From: a virus
DNA: 64,000 nucleotides
IMG/VR virus record: IMGVR_UViG_3300025466_001905
Location: 14,158 to 78,157 of that record
Strand: one strand, 5' to 3'
Shown one piece after another: positions 56,901 to 64,000 of this stretch. The translations under genes were made by a program, and so were the position numbers. Each line of letters starts with the position of its first letter. Position 1 is the stretch's first letter. The notes beneath the pieces are model-generated. The model made no database searches and was not told the origin of the DNA. It worked only from the letters and a program-made list of their open reading frames with translations.

Positions 56901-59900
56901 CCAATTTAGTGTATAGCCATTTTGTACACCATTGAATACTAGTCCTTGACTGGTCAAATATATTCCATAACTAAGAATAAAGTCTACTACAATAGTGGCA
57001 TTGGTAAAATTATACCCGTATGGAATATTCACTATGTTGTCTGTGTATTGTGCTGGTACTGTTACTGTGGCATTACCAGCACTTATTACTTGAGTCACTC
57101 CATTAGACGAACTGGCCAGTATTGGAAAATAAGGTTGTACATTGCTGTAACCATACACGCTGAATCCAGACTCTAGTTGTTCAATGATCAATGAGCTGTA
57201 GACAATTTCATTGAATGGCTGATTGGCATACAACAATAGATTCCAACTTTCAGGAGGCAACAACAAGCTGGCATTTTGGCTTTCTGGACTGGATTTTTCC
57301 AAGTATATGTTGGCGTACTTTTTATCTGTGAATGCTGCCATTCTGTAACACAATCTCACATCAAGATTGGCCAAATCAGTGGTCAAAGCTGACGAAGAAT
57401 TGATGCCAAGTTGTTGATTGTAATCAATGATCCAGTTTATATAACTTGCTTTGCTAACACCATTGCCGTACACCTGTACTTCATTGGCATTTATTCTATA
57501 GCGACCGTTGTAGAGATACTGTTCAAATTCTGCACTGTATCTATAAAGATCTCTATCTACAAATAAACTAAAAAATTCAGCTGGACGAGTCAGTGCTAGC
57601 AATCGCATAACTGCAAAAGGATAGCTAGAACTCGACCACCATGATGCTTCAGCAGGCCCACCGTCACCTACTACCCAACTTTTTCGCCAGGCATTGGGAT
57701 TGTAAAGTCCTACTAGGCTTTGCAGTGGTGGCAGTAAAGTTCCCTGAGAATCTACAGGAATCACACTAGTCAACCCTGGACGAGCATATTTAGGATTTAT
57801 ATATGGCGCCACTGGATCAGCAATATATCCTGCTTCAAGATCTCCCCAAAGTACCAAGTTGTCAGATGTATATGGCACTGGTCCATATCTAGCGGTCCAC
57901 CAACTTGGTTGTTCACTGAATCCCAACATTTCCCAAGGAGTCAAATTAGGGTTTACGGTGTCATAAAAATAACGATAGATACCTCGCCAAGCTCCCAACA
58001 AAGGTTGTTCATTGATACGATTTCCGGCTACACTATAATTGTAGGTAAATAGGTTTGATGCAATGTAATTTTGTGTTTTATAGTCAATCTTGTTTTGTCC
58101 AACCCAGGTCAAAAAACTTTCGCCAAGTATCTGAGTGATTTGGGCCTGACTATAATCAGTGGTTCTGAAAAATCCCGGAATTACATCTTCAGCTATCAGT
58201 GGCACTGGATTGTCGTCGTTCTTGAGATTGTTATAGATTCTTTTTTCAAATTCCAGTAAAATTTCATCCCTGATGTCTCCAAATACCACTGTTACACTGC
58301 CATCGTGTCCTTGTAGCACAGGTGTGGGATTTAGATAATTTGGATCGTAAAAAATCTCAGGTTTGAATTTTGGATATAACCCTAGCTTGGTAGGTGTATT
58401 GGGCACAAAATTTCCAATGGTACTAGAATATTCGTTTATGGTAACTGTATCACCAATGTTGAGTGGTGCCAAAATAGTCAACACAGGACTATTGTCTGAT
58501 ACCACATAGTCATAGTTGCGTACCAATAATGTGTTATTCACATAGACCAATAAACCTGAATAATTAGATTCTAAAAAACTATAAGTTTGCACTGTGTTGA
58601 ATACTGCAGTGGTAATGGCAGTGACTGTGGTGCTATTTGAAGTAAATGTGGTGCCAGTGGGCAACATGTCTGACCAGTAGAATGAACTCAAACTGGTTTT
58701 GCCCGCGGTAATTTGTGCAATTGCTGAATCCAGTATTTCTGGAACAGTCATTGTGCCATAGTCTGTGCTGATTACAGTGCTCAACAAAAGAGACTTAAAT
58801 TTTATATATTCTCTACTGTTGAAATCTAAACTGGCAAATATATTGTAATTGGGATCTCGCAAAAAATAACCAGTCAGAGTCAATGGAGAACTTTGTTGTA
58901 GTATTTGTAATCCATAAGGTACTATATTACCAAGATCTCTAGTGTTGTTGGCACCAATAACAGGGCCCTGCAAAGGAATCAAATTTTGTGCTATGGTACT
59001 ATAGTGATTACGAATAGTGCCCAAGGTGAACTGTTTGCTATTGCCGTTGAGAGGATTATTTTCTAAGTTAATAGGAACCTGGAAAAATCCAACTGAACTG
59101 ACTTGATCACTGAGTACTTGAATCTCAATCAAATCTCCTGGCACATAAGTAGTCAACCACGTAATTGTTGTGGTGTTAGCTCCTATGCTGACCCGATAGT
59201 TGTAGCTTTCTTGAAAAGTAGCATTTACAAATACTTGAACCGCCGGCACCGAAGAATTTGTATTCACTGCAATATCCAGTTGCACAGGCGATCCATTGTA
59301 TACAAATTGAAACTGTTGTCTTATAAGACTTTTGTCAACCGCAGGTTGCCATCCAATTTCTCTCTGATATGCTAGTCTGCTGCTGTACTGATACACAAAG
59401 CCAGAGCTCAAGGGCACAGTTTGTCCTGCATTGTTTATGGTATAATTAAATGAATCAGCATAGAGATTGTTGTCAAAAACAATGTCGCCAAGATTGGTCA
59501 AACTCAGATAAGTTAAAGGAAATCCCAAATATAGATCCAGCGGACCTGAACCTACTGCATAGCTAAACAACGAACTACCTCTAAAGTTAGTGCTAGGATA
59601 GGTTATTTCGTCGCCAAAGCTAGTTCCATTGGCATCATAGACATCAAACTGTGGAGGTTGATTCACATTGTTTTTTTGTTGTTCAGTGATCCAATTTGAT
59701 CCATTGAATCTAAAACTTTGTCCTTGCAAGGTGTTGCCATTCAGGCAAACCACAGTTTGATCGGTCAGTGCAGGACTATCAGCAGTTGGTGTCAAGCTTA
59801 TCAGTGGTTCTGGAATCAGCGGAGGCACTGTGTCGGGTACAATAAAATTTACTTGGTATACAGTTCGTCTTACCACTGGATCTGCATCGGCGGCAAAGAT

Positions 59901-62102
59901 AACTGTGTCTCCATTGGACAACTGATATCCATCAGTACCAAATCCTATAGTACCGCTGACTGTTCTTAGTGCATCTGTTTGTGTAAAATCAATTATACTA
60001 ACCGGCGATTTGCCTTCAGTGCCAAAATTAAATAATTTGGTGCCTGCTCTAAATTCCAAAATTGGTCGTCGGGCACGGAAATTGTTGTCAAGTACCGGCA
60101 CTGTATTGTTATACATGGCTGATGCATTGATTACATCAACATGGAACCAACGATTACTACGAGTCCAGGGATTTAAATCTCCACTGGCTCGATTAATGGT
60201 GAGATAATCTGGAACTATGGGCTCAGTGACTGGATAATCACTGCTATTTGTAATGTGTTCTTGTGCTACATATTTTTCAGGCGTGACAAAATTTACCACT
60301 GGCAACAACTGAATAGCTGATCCAACTCCTTCAATGTAATAGGAATTATTTTCGTAGCTGGCAGGAGCAGTGGTGCCTCGGAAAGTGATTTTCATACCAT
60401 TGGTAAATGTCACACCATTGGGGCTGGTATAATTGGTTTTGCCAATTATGGTGCTGATGTCTAAAGTTGACACAGAAGTTTGTTCAATCAGTCTTATTTG
60501 CCCAAAAATATTAGGATCTGTACCGTCTTGATACCACAGTGAACTGCGAGCCGCAGTCAACAATGGAATCTGTTCGAAATATCCGCTGCCATTCTTGTAC
60601 CATTGTGTGCTGGCCCATGTGGTGCCAAATAAAATTGTAAACTTTGTGAGATCGTTTACAGGCGATACACTGGTTAAAGACAAATACACACGGCCGCCAG
60701 AATCTGTTTGGTACTGTATTCTCCACACACTGCGTTGTTGAGCAGTATTGGTTATGTACTCAGTGTTATCAAATGGCACACTGTCAAAACTGCCAGGCAA
60801 TCCATTTTGCGCGATATTGTTAGGCAAAGGATCGAACGGCGATGTTATGTACCAACCGTCTGGAGTAGTTGTGTTAAAAATCACAGTGCGACCATTGAGA
60901 TTGGTAATACCGTCAATGCCATTGGGATTGGCTTCGATAAAATCACTTAGAAATTGATTGTTGATCTGGGAAAATTCTAATGTGGTCAATAAATCCACGG
61001 TGCCATTGTTCAATGGCAATACATTTAATCCATAATAAAAACTTTGTGCATTGGTCAATGGAACATCAAAGGTCACTGTGCCAAGATCTATGCCGTTGTT
61101 GGTCACACCCAATATAGTTCTACTACTGATGTTAGGAGTTGAAGGAATAACGCCATTGATGCCTGGATCAGTTTGTATCCAAAAAGCATTACCGGTGCCA
61201 GCAGTGGCATTGACTACGTTGAACTGACCACGTAAATTAAATTCCACCGGATTGCAATAATACAAGGTGTCAGGCGCATCTTGTGGCACAGTAAATATGA
61301 TTTGGCCAGCACTGGCACCGTTGTTTATGACTCCTTCACTGTAGACATTTACTATTCCAAGGCTAGCAATGGTCTTGATATAAAAAGGCAGGGCATCAGT
61401 CAGTGATAAATTGAAATAATATGTATTGCCACGAACCAGAGTCAACGTAGGATTATTGTTTTGATTGATCACATATGCGCTGGTTCCTTGATTGGTCACT
61501 CGGTAGGTCACTGTTTCCGTGGTATTTTGTGCTACATTGAATGTATAGCTACCGCCTTTGACCAGTGCCAGTGTGGGATTATTTCCTGTATAATTAGAAA
61601 AAGTATACACACCATTGGCACGTGTTACTGTGAAATTATCAGTGGTAGGAACACCGGTGGCGGAAACATCAACGGCCGGCGGACCTCCTGGCAACCAATA
61701 GTACTGAGCATAATTTACAAATTTGTCAAAATCCACAAAAGGATCCCAGGTATAGTAGTCACTGGTATAAAGATAATCGGTATTGGCGGTGATTCCGCCT
61801 TGCACTGTCAAAGCGTCAGTGATACCAGGGTAAGTGATTGCATCTACAATTTTAGCAGAATCCATTGGGTCAATCTGCACCACACCCGGTTCCAGTTGGT
61901 AGTCATTGCGACTTTTTGTAGGCTCAATCACATAGTGATCATTGGCATTTACTCCTGGGCCAATTCGTTGACCAATGAACCCTTGAGATTTTTTAAATTT
62001 AGGTTCTTGTGTAAGTTGATCCAGTGTGGCTGACAAAAATTGTTTGTTGACCGGAGTCTGGAATATATCTGGCAGAAAATCTACCGTGCGAACTGTAGCC
62101 AT
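47916..62102 (-). CDS. Giant (4728 aa) multidomain virion/baseplate protein
   Basis: 14.2 kb uninterrupted ORF; FG-GAP-like blades, CBM-like WQPN..Y motifs, GSGY repeats, [SG]DG.T..[FY] repeats; adjacent to baseplate gene. Confidence 0.8.
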   Translation of the reverse strand: MATVRTVDFLPDIFQTPVNKQFLSATLDQLTQEPKFKKSQGFIGQRIGPGVNANDHYVIEPTKSRNDYQLEPGVVQIDPMDSAKIVDAITYPGITDALTVQGGITANTDYLYTSDYYTWDPFVDFDKFVNYAQYYWLPGGPPAVDVSATGVPTTDNFTVTRANGVYTFSNYTGNNPTLALVKGGSYTFNVAQNTTETVTYRVTNQGTSAYVINQNNNPTLTLVRGNTYYFNLSLTDALPFYIKTIASLGIVNVYSEGVINNGASAGQIIFTVPQDAPDTLYYCNPVEFNLRGQFNVVNATAGTGNAFWIQTDPGINGVIPSTPNISSRTILGVTNNGIDLGTVTFDVPLTNAQSFYYGLNVLPLNNGTVDLLTTLEFSQINNQFLSDFIEANPNGIDGITNLNGRTVIFNTTTPDGWYITSPFDPLPNNIAQNGLPGSFDSVPFDNTEYITNTAQQRSVWRIQYQTDSGGRVYLSLTSVSPVNDLTKFTILFGTTWASTQWYKNGSGYFEQIPLLTAARSSLWYQDGTDPNIFGQIRLIEQTSVSTLDISTIIGKTNYTSPNGVTFTNGMKITFRGTTAPASYENNSYYIEGVGSAIQLLPVVNFVTPEKYVAQEHITNSSDYPVTEPIVPDYLTINRASGDLNPWTRSNRWFHVDVINASAMYNNTVPVLDNNFRARRPILEFRAGTKLFNFGTEGKSPVSIIDFTQTDALRTVSGTIGFGTDGYQLSNGDTVIFAADADPVVRRTVYQVNFIVPDTVPPLIPEPLISLTPTADSPALTDQTVVCLNGNTLQGQSFRFNGSNWITEQQKNNVNQPPQFDVYDANGTSFGDEITYPSTNFRGSSLFSYAVGSGPLDLYLGFPLTYLSLTNLGDIVFDNNLYADSFNYTINNAGQTVPLSSGFVYQYSSRLAYQREIGWQPAVDKSLIRQQFQFVYNGSPVQLDIAVNTNSSVPAVQVFVNATFQESYNYRVSIGANTTTITWLTTYVPGDLIEIQVLSDQVSSVGFFQVPINLENNPLNGNSKQFTLGTIRNHYSTIAQNLIPLQGPVIGANNTRDLGNIVPYGLQILQQSSPLTLTGYFLRDPNYNIFASLDFNSREYIKFKSLLLSTVISTDYGTMTVPEILDSAIAQITAGKTSLSSFYWSDMLPTGTTFTSNSTTVTAITTAVFNTVQTYSFLESNYSGLLVYVNNTLLVRNYDYVVSDNSPVLTILAPLNIGDTVTINEYSSTIGNFVPNTPTKLGLYPKFKPEIFYDPNYLNPTPVLQGHDGSVTVVFGDIRDEILLEFEKRIYNNLKNDDNPVPLIAEDVIPGFFRTTDYSQAQITQILGESFLTWVGQNKIDYKTQNYIASNLFTYNYSVAGNRINEQPLLGAWRGIYRYFYDTVNPNLTPWEMLGFSEQPSWWTARYGPVPYTSDNLVLWGDLEAGYIADPVAPYINPKYARPGLTSVIPVDSQGTLLPPLQSLVGLYNPNAWRKSWVVGDGGPAEASWWSSSSYPFAVMRLLALTRPAEFFSLFVDRDLYRYSAEFEQYLYNGRYRINANEVQVYGNGVSKASYINWIIDYNQQLGINSSSALTTDLANLDVRLCYRMAAFTDKKYANIYLEKSSPESQNASLLLPPESWNLLLYANQPFNEIVYSSLIIEQLESGFSVYGYSNVQPYFPILASSSNGVTQVISAGNATVTVPAQYTDNIVNIPYGYNFTNATIVVDFILSYGIYLTSQGLVFNGVQNGYTLNWQQMAQEFLYWSQQGWAPGTIINLNPGASKITVYKPGAVVAAVTSLTPENQLTDQNKQSIKANNLIIVRDGDTFTISSSTSQTISYLDLKFTTYENMAVLNNVSIFNDLIYDPITAERQNRVAWKANISSDWDGTLNAQGFVLNQNNVIQWQPNVKYTKGEIVLYKNNYWSALTIVQPADTFDYANWVKSNYAMIDQGLLPNIPNKADQQANSYNIYDANLASDNDLLAYGLIGYRPRQYMVDLNLDDVSQIQIYQNFIATKGTRLSAELFTQANLGRETGQYNIYENWGVLVGTYGANANRSWFEIALNQAVLTGNPGVVQIIQPGQASQANQTIYLNDLWSESYAIPSVDILPTTYGTNLDTALPTAGYVNINDVDITVFNLNNPTNIDANINIIGNNTVIWVAQINSYDWGIYRCVQVAGRMIALSNNLNSTSLVQFSGIHGRAVGDILIIKYFNNAVDGVYRVLRVPNSTTLVIAFAFTNTTQTQITGNGLVFYLQSMRVGQASDIVNLPYARELVPGAQAWVDNDGSGHWEVLQKTAPFKIANLIAPYKLFANSLFGTSVSQTQNHYSVLIGAPADYSGAGAVYTYRQSTTVPYVDNVILTLSAVDTAGFGNTVMFGDNNWAVIGASASNSNAGYAATVYQIPGTNDYIQTQLFVSPDQNFSNAQFGSAVAISQDERWLYISAPGVDTVYAYGRVDVQSQTVTYTSDGLTTAFNWSDSIVINPFYTSQLIVLINNVIAVYGNDYTLDANSVQFYTAPAPGQPIKLLRRQAGQIDHAIYYNIAQNSTSGAGSGAKFTVVNTRGVYNTTLTASGSGYAIGDTLTINYVRICPNGSSANNITVTVTAVSAGAITAFTFTGSGITTNNNFALVNYFYTVSDIYSFAVEVNGTTQRPYIDYTFISGNLNFITIPPAGAVIEITTETYWKYISAITASGLAGDAVFGASVSTTTDGRQLLVGAVNDSAGSLPDAGAVYVYDRGLINYQITNTAQTTYVIPGSYTAPIAVLLNNMYLTDAAQFINGQFTISGSNIVLSSSVTLTIGDILTIETNQFQLVEKITANMPATASAFAYSVKICPNNCSLYIGAPQSSQSGPDQSGMVERQVNQSRAYGVTTSTTANPSLIGGHTIRINGIEIAVPSAPNNNIAGLARAINATSVPNAMANVTTDLTFVGDGSTQTYDVGNVYSAASSYTTVVYINTVLQTAGVDYTYNNSTQQILFTVAPPAKSLIVVVSGRLTISVINTDTAMPFNKLSVLPGLVNSAFADIGFNTYIWTQDILSPNPTNYAYFGSSISVNSGAINLIVGAPNGNVYEQEIYDGGTTYFDERSTTFFMVQNNSGVAYTFDYLPSASLSAANPGAFIFGQQIYNTGISSDEQYANDVDYSFASAVNYVNGRLLIGVPAADSYGEAYVFDNPTDAPAWQVKYYQQPVVDTNLLDSVYSYDKQLNSTQTYYDFIDPLQGKILGAARQNIDYIGAVDPANYNQGSVHDVGTSWGASHVGEIWWDTNRVRFINPGQDDIIYASKRWGQVFPGSNVDVYQWIESSVAPVNYAGQGTPLSTISYTVATTVDTNGIFVTNYYYWVRGITTIDTSVGKTLSTAGIANYILNPIGSGIPYIAGLNASTIAVYNASSLLSANDTILHIGYDRQATNADVHVEYAFIADGEPNSFLNDNLYRKLLDSFCGVNTLGNLVPDPTLGPGQRYGVQFRPRQSMFANRFTALQNYLTRANNTLAQYPISETRSFNLLNSSEPVPAPNTGAWNFKVPDLTVLSYQNLAQAPLGYLYLVESDSSQHGLWTIYEVVATNPAARTLNLVRIQNYDTPMYWRYINWYRPGYNNSTQIVATVANYADLSSLTLSTVPIGSSVKVSANSQGKFEIYQRTTTSWDRVGLQNGTIAFDETLWNYALGPYGFDAEVFDAQYFDQEPVIETRQIIRALNEEIYIGDLLLERNQSLILMFNYIYSEFTAPDWLLKTSFINVDHTLRALLPYQLYQPDNQTFVENYIQEVKPYHTQILNFNLIYTGQDVFNGSLTDYDVPAYWDNKLQIPQFVSPVLTPYAIANSTGENFNSDAASNAAIWLEFPWNQWYNNHLLEIQDVVVVNGGSGYDYNNPPTVTVSGTCIVQATMTAIVNSSGQITAVNIITPGQGYSTTAQITLTSTTGSGAVIVAQMSNGLVRSIRTVIKYDRYEYNTYLVDWQPNVVYNSGTQVRYANVVWSANATQSSLEFLPSEWTLIPAASLSGVNRTMGFYNPTANQPGLSLPLLVNGIDYPGVQVSAPGFSQNTGFDVGNFDINPFDNFYISPAGFITYDPGILDVTYSSSYLDLYLGTRPTDINIDGGTYISPYSSHAPEELVPGAEFDTLDFRVYTTPGADWLGQGFGFPIYSLRYTYNIANPTAYFGQLLPYPMVVLTWNITTGLGVEPDSYDWVNYTFSLTQGVSDGDIIQVAVVATGGGNQLLNNTYLGSTIGNSIIVSFPFSAISGFVIYNGEQGPLLAGTDYNYASYSDRETKITFTTTYGDSDRINLTCLGYAPSGPTHSWSLPVFQTIVVADPSILTYSLTNSLQGTNPVNIVISINGARARPAAGVDYVSDGSQTTYDLPQNGGYSPALVNNLDVAVYQNNRLLIQNTDYVVNAWDGVNPRTITLSNPANAGAVILVSVRTNAQYYVIGSQLVFQPSAGISLQAGDIIEIITWNDTTEQRLLTQLWQGPTSQGNTFDTGNVITNPERILVTLNGQWVFNGQGYTVNKSSITITGPIIGSTDVVVITSFTQYVVPEAMAFRIFQDMRGVQATYRITPNATTLVAQPLTATADIIYVTDANALVEPNLADNIWGALTIDGERIMYRVRNTTDNTVSSLLRGTAGTAAASHAVGSAVYNMGPGNLLPKEYQNYIVSDSIIADGTTTTFVAANLDISQEPDSIRNQTVEVYVGGELQTTGYVITADNPVTVEFTLAPDIGSEVTILVRRGVTWYAPGVGTASNGKPLQETDTPSARFLRGL

Positions 62103-64000
62103 TAAATCACTCCACTGCCAGGAGCAGTTTGTAAATTTGTACTTGTCAACGCAGTGATTACCTGAACATCATTGACAGTGGCACCATTGACAAAGATTTG
62201 ATTTGGAGCGCATCTTATTTCGTAAAGATCCCCAAAACTTTTTTGTGGGTTCAGTGGAACCAACACAACAGAACTAACTACATCACCTATCTGTTGATGA
62301 ATATAAGCAGATAATTCAGAAAAATAAAAAGTCTGTCCAAAGTCCCAATTGGCAATGTCAAAATACGCATTCATATTGGCCACAACTAAATTTTTTATTT
62401 CATTGACACTTGCAGTGCTTTGAGTTGATTGTATGACTTTGACCACTGCTCTCAGCGCAGGATCTGCTTTGCTTCCAAACAGTGGCTGAAATTGCACTGA
62501 ATTCAATATCATGTTGTCAGATATCATTTTATAATCTTGCAAGCCAACATAAGCAGTAGTTAAATCGTTTATGGTAGGTGCAGATGGCAGTGCCACAGTG
62601 CCCGTGCTGTCATACAGCCAATTGGTATAGGCAGTATAGTAAGCATTGGTCACAATGTACACATCAATGATATTTGTTGATCCTGGATCAATTCTACTGG
62701 TCAAAGGGCTGTTGTGTCTATATTGAAAATACAAGTTTTGTCGACCAGTGTAGGCAATATACGTGTTGTTGACAATCAAAGTTGGAGTTCCAGTTGAATT
62801 CAGCACATATTCATAAAATACTTGATCTTGATATGCATAAAATACCTGGCCAACTGTGTATTGAACAATTGCTAGTTCAATGGCACCCAATGTAGCATAC
62901 TCACTGTTGACTGTACCTGCAGCTACCAGTAGGTATCTTTGCAAGTTATCAAAATCTACTGTTTGTTGTAAAAATACCAATTTTGTGTTGGGATTCACAT
63001 TAGGAGCAACTATGTCATTGAAAAAATCAGGATTGATAGGTATTAGATCTCCAGATGTGGTAGCAAAACTGACCAAGACCTGAAAATCGTCTACTAGCCC
63101 GTCGCTGAGCACAGGTTGATCAATGATGGTCAACACATTATCACCAGACAGTGGATAGTTGGTATCAGGCTGGCTGTTAATTTTGAGCACATTAATATAA
63201 TCTCTTACCACAGTGCCAGTGCGTGAATCATAGATTGGCTGATTGGTATAGAAGAAAAATCTTGTGTCAATGACACTGCCAAAATAGTAGTTCAAACTTC
63301 TAGACACAACTGTGTAGTTGGCCAATCCAGGAGCAGTAGTAGTGCACTGTATCAACCACGAAGCGTCACTGTTGGTACCAGCGGTGCTTTGTTGGTTGGT
63401 CAAACTAAAAGGTGCATTGACGGCAAGATTGTTGGCGGAAATAATGTACCACGTTGCAGTAATATTGTTATAGCCAATACCAAAATTTTGATTGAGATAA
63501 ATTTGATTTACAATACTCTGTTGCAGACTCACTGGTATATCGGTGACAAACACCGGTATAACTTGTACCGGAATAGCACCAGTGGGCACAAATGTGTTTA
63601 ATACCACTGGACCAACTCCAGATGGCAAATTACCATAGCCATTGCCAGTTCCTGCTAGATAAACTGCAGTGGGACTGGCCCAAATACTTAATTTGTCTCC
63701 GGCAGCACTTGGTTGACCAACCACAAGGTGGTTGTCTGCGTTGAAATAATAGCCAGTGGGCGGAATAAATTTGACCAAACTACTTTCAGTGATGTACTTG
63801 GCATTGTTACTGGCATAATTTCCAATAGGCACAGGCACACCAGAAGAATTTTGAAAATAGCCTGTGGTTTCATTGGTAATAACTGTGCTTTGATGCCAAG
63901 TGTAGTTGAGCACTGACAAATCAGGCCTGGTAAAATTAGCATAGTAAAATTGTTGCAGTCCTGCTTTTGTCAACAAAGGATTGATCTGATTGTATACTAC
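62102..64000 (-). CDS. Baseplate wedge subunit-like protein, C-terminal part (5' end beyond window)
   Basis: Frame is open to the window end; RIDP..TNIID, NWDFG.TFYFSEL..YIH, FG.LYEI motifs. Confidence 0.65.
   Translation of the reverse strand, partial: VVYNQINPLLTKAGLQQFYYANFTRPDLSVLNYTWHQSTVITNETTGYFQNSSGVPVPIGNYASNNAKYITESSLVKFIPPTGYYFNADNHLVVGQPSAAGDKLSIWASPTAVYLAGTGNGYGNLPSGVGPVVLNTFVPTGAIPVQVIPVFVTDIPVSLQQSIVNQIYLNQNFGIGYNNITATWYIISANNLAVNAPFSLTNQQSTAGTNSDASWLIQCTTTAPGLANYTVVSRSLNYYFGSVIDTRFFFYTNQPIYDSRTGTVVRDYINVLKINSQPDTNYPLSGDNVLTIIDQPVLSDGLVDDFQVLVSFATTSGDLIPINPDFFNDIVAPNVNPNTKLVFLQQTVDFDNLQRYLLVAAGTVNSEYATLGAIELAIVQYTVGQVFYAYQDQVFYEYVLNSTGTPTLIVNNTYIAYTGRQNLYFQYRHNSPLTSRIDPGSTNIIDVYIVTNAYYTAYTNWLYDSTGTVALPSAPTINDLTTAYVGLQDYKMISDNMILNSVQFQPLFGSKADPALRAVVKVIQSTQSTASVNEIKNLVVANMNAYFDIANWDFGQTFYFSELSAYIHQQIGDVVSSVVLVPLNPQKSFGDLYEIRCAPNQIFVNGATVNDVQVITALTSTNLQTAPGSGVI

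Larger units (their letters stand above)
1..64000. mobile_element. Segment of a large tailed dsDNA bacteriophage genome (myovirus/jumbo-like)
   Basis: Baseplate/tail-type genes at 44.8-64 kb, thyX, tRNA cluster, free-standing HNH, dense small overlapping ORFs, TAAATA late-type promoters; no cellular housekeeping genes. Confidence 0.92.

Noticed and set aside
1-64000. Stop-codon recoding (TAG/TGA reassignment) as in some large phages
   Set aside because: Code 11 gives full-length, tightly packed ORFs including 14 kb uninterrupted; TGA ends many genes, TAG ends 22349 and 33838; no suppressor tRNA seen

Overview
A 64 kb fragment of a large, AT-rich dsDNA tailed phage, probably myovirus/jumbo-type. 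The standard genetic code fits and coding density is very high. No host-type housekeeping genes are present. There are three zones. (1) 1-12.3 kb, mostly + strand: early/accessory genes, including a MoxR AAA+ ATPase and its metallopeptidase-VWA partner behind near-identical sigma70 promoters, two tandem arrays of small paralogous proteins, three tRNAs (Trp, Cys, Ile2-CAT), a free-standing HNH endonuclease with a structured leader, and thyX. (2) 12.3-44.7 kb: a ~32 kb cluster of ~34 sugar and tailoring genes. It encodes six radical SAM enzymes (five with an N-terminal Fe-S 'twitch' domain), five GT10-like 'TEK' proteins, four GT-A-like proteins, Gmd, a ColD-like His-type PLP dehydratase, a DegT aminotransferase, two epimerases, a PIG-L deacetylase, an amidinotransferase, a carbamoyltransferase with an uncalled 33-aa partner peptide, an adenylation enzyme, an acyltransferase and a 2OG-Fe oxygenase. 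It has no recognisable export or lipid-carrier machinery. (3) 44.8-64 kb, - strand: tail/baseplate structural genes, including a 4728-aa multidomain protein. The best candidate for an undescribed system is zone 2, a phage-encoded radical-SAM-rich glycan-hypermodification pathway sitting directly downstream of Ser/Thr-rich tail genes. All function calls are from motifs read by eye; no database searches were run.
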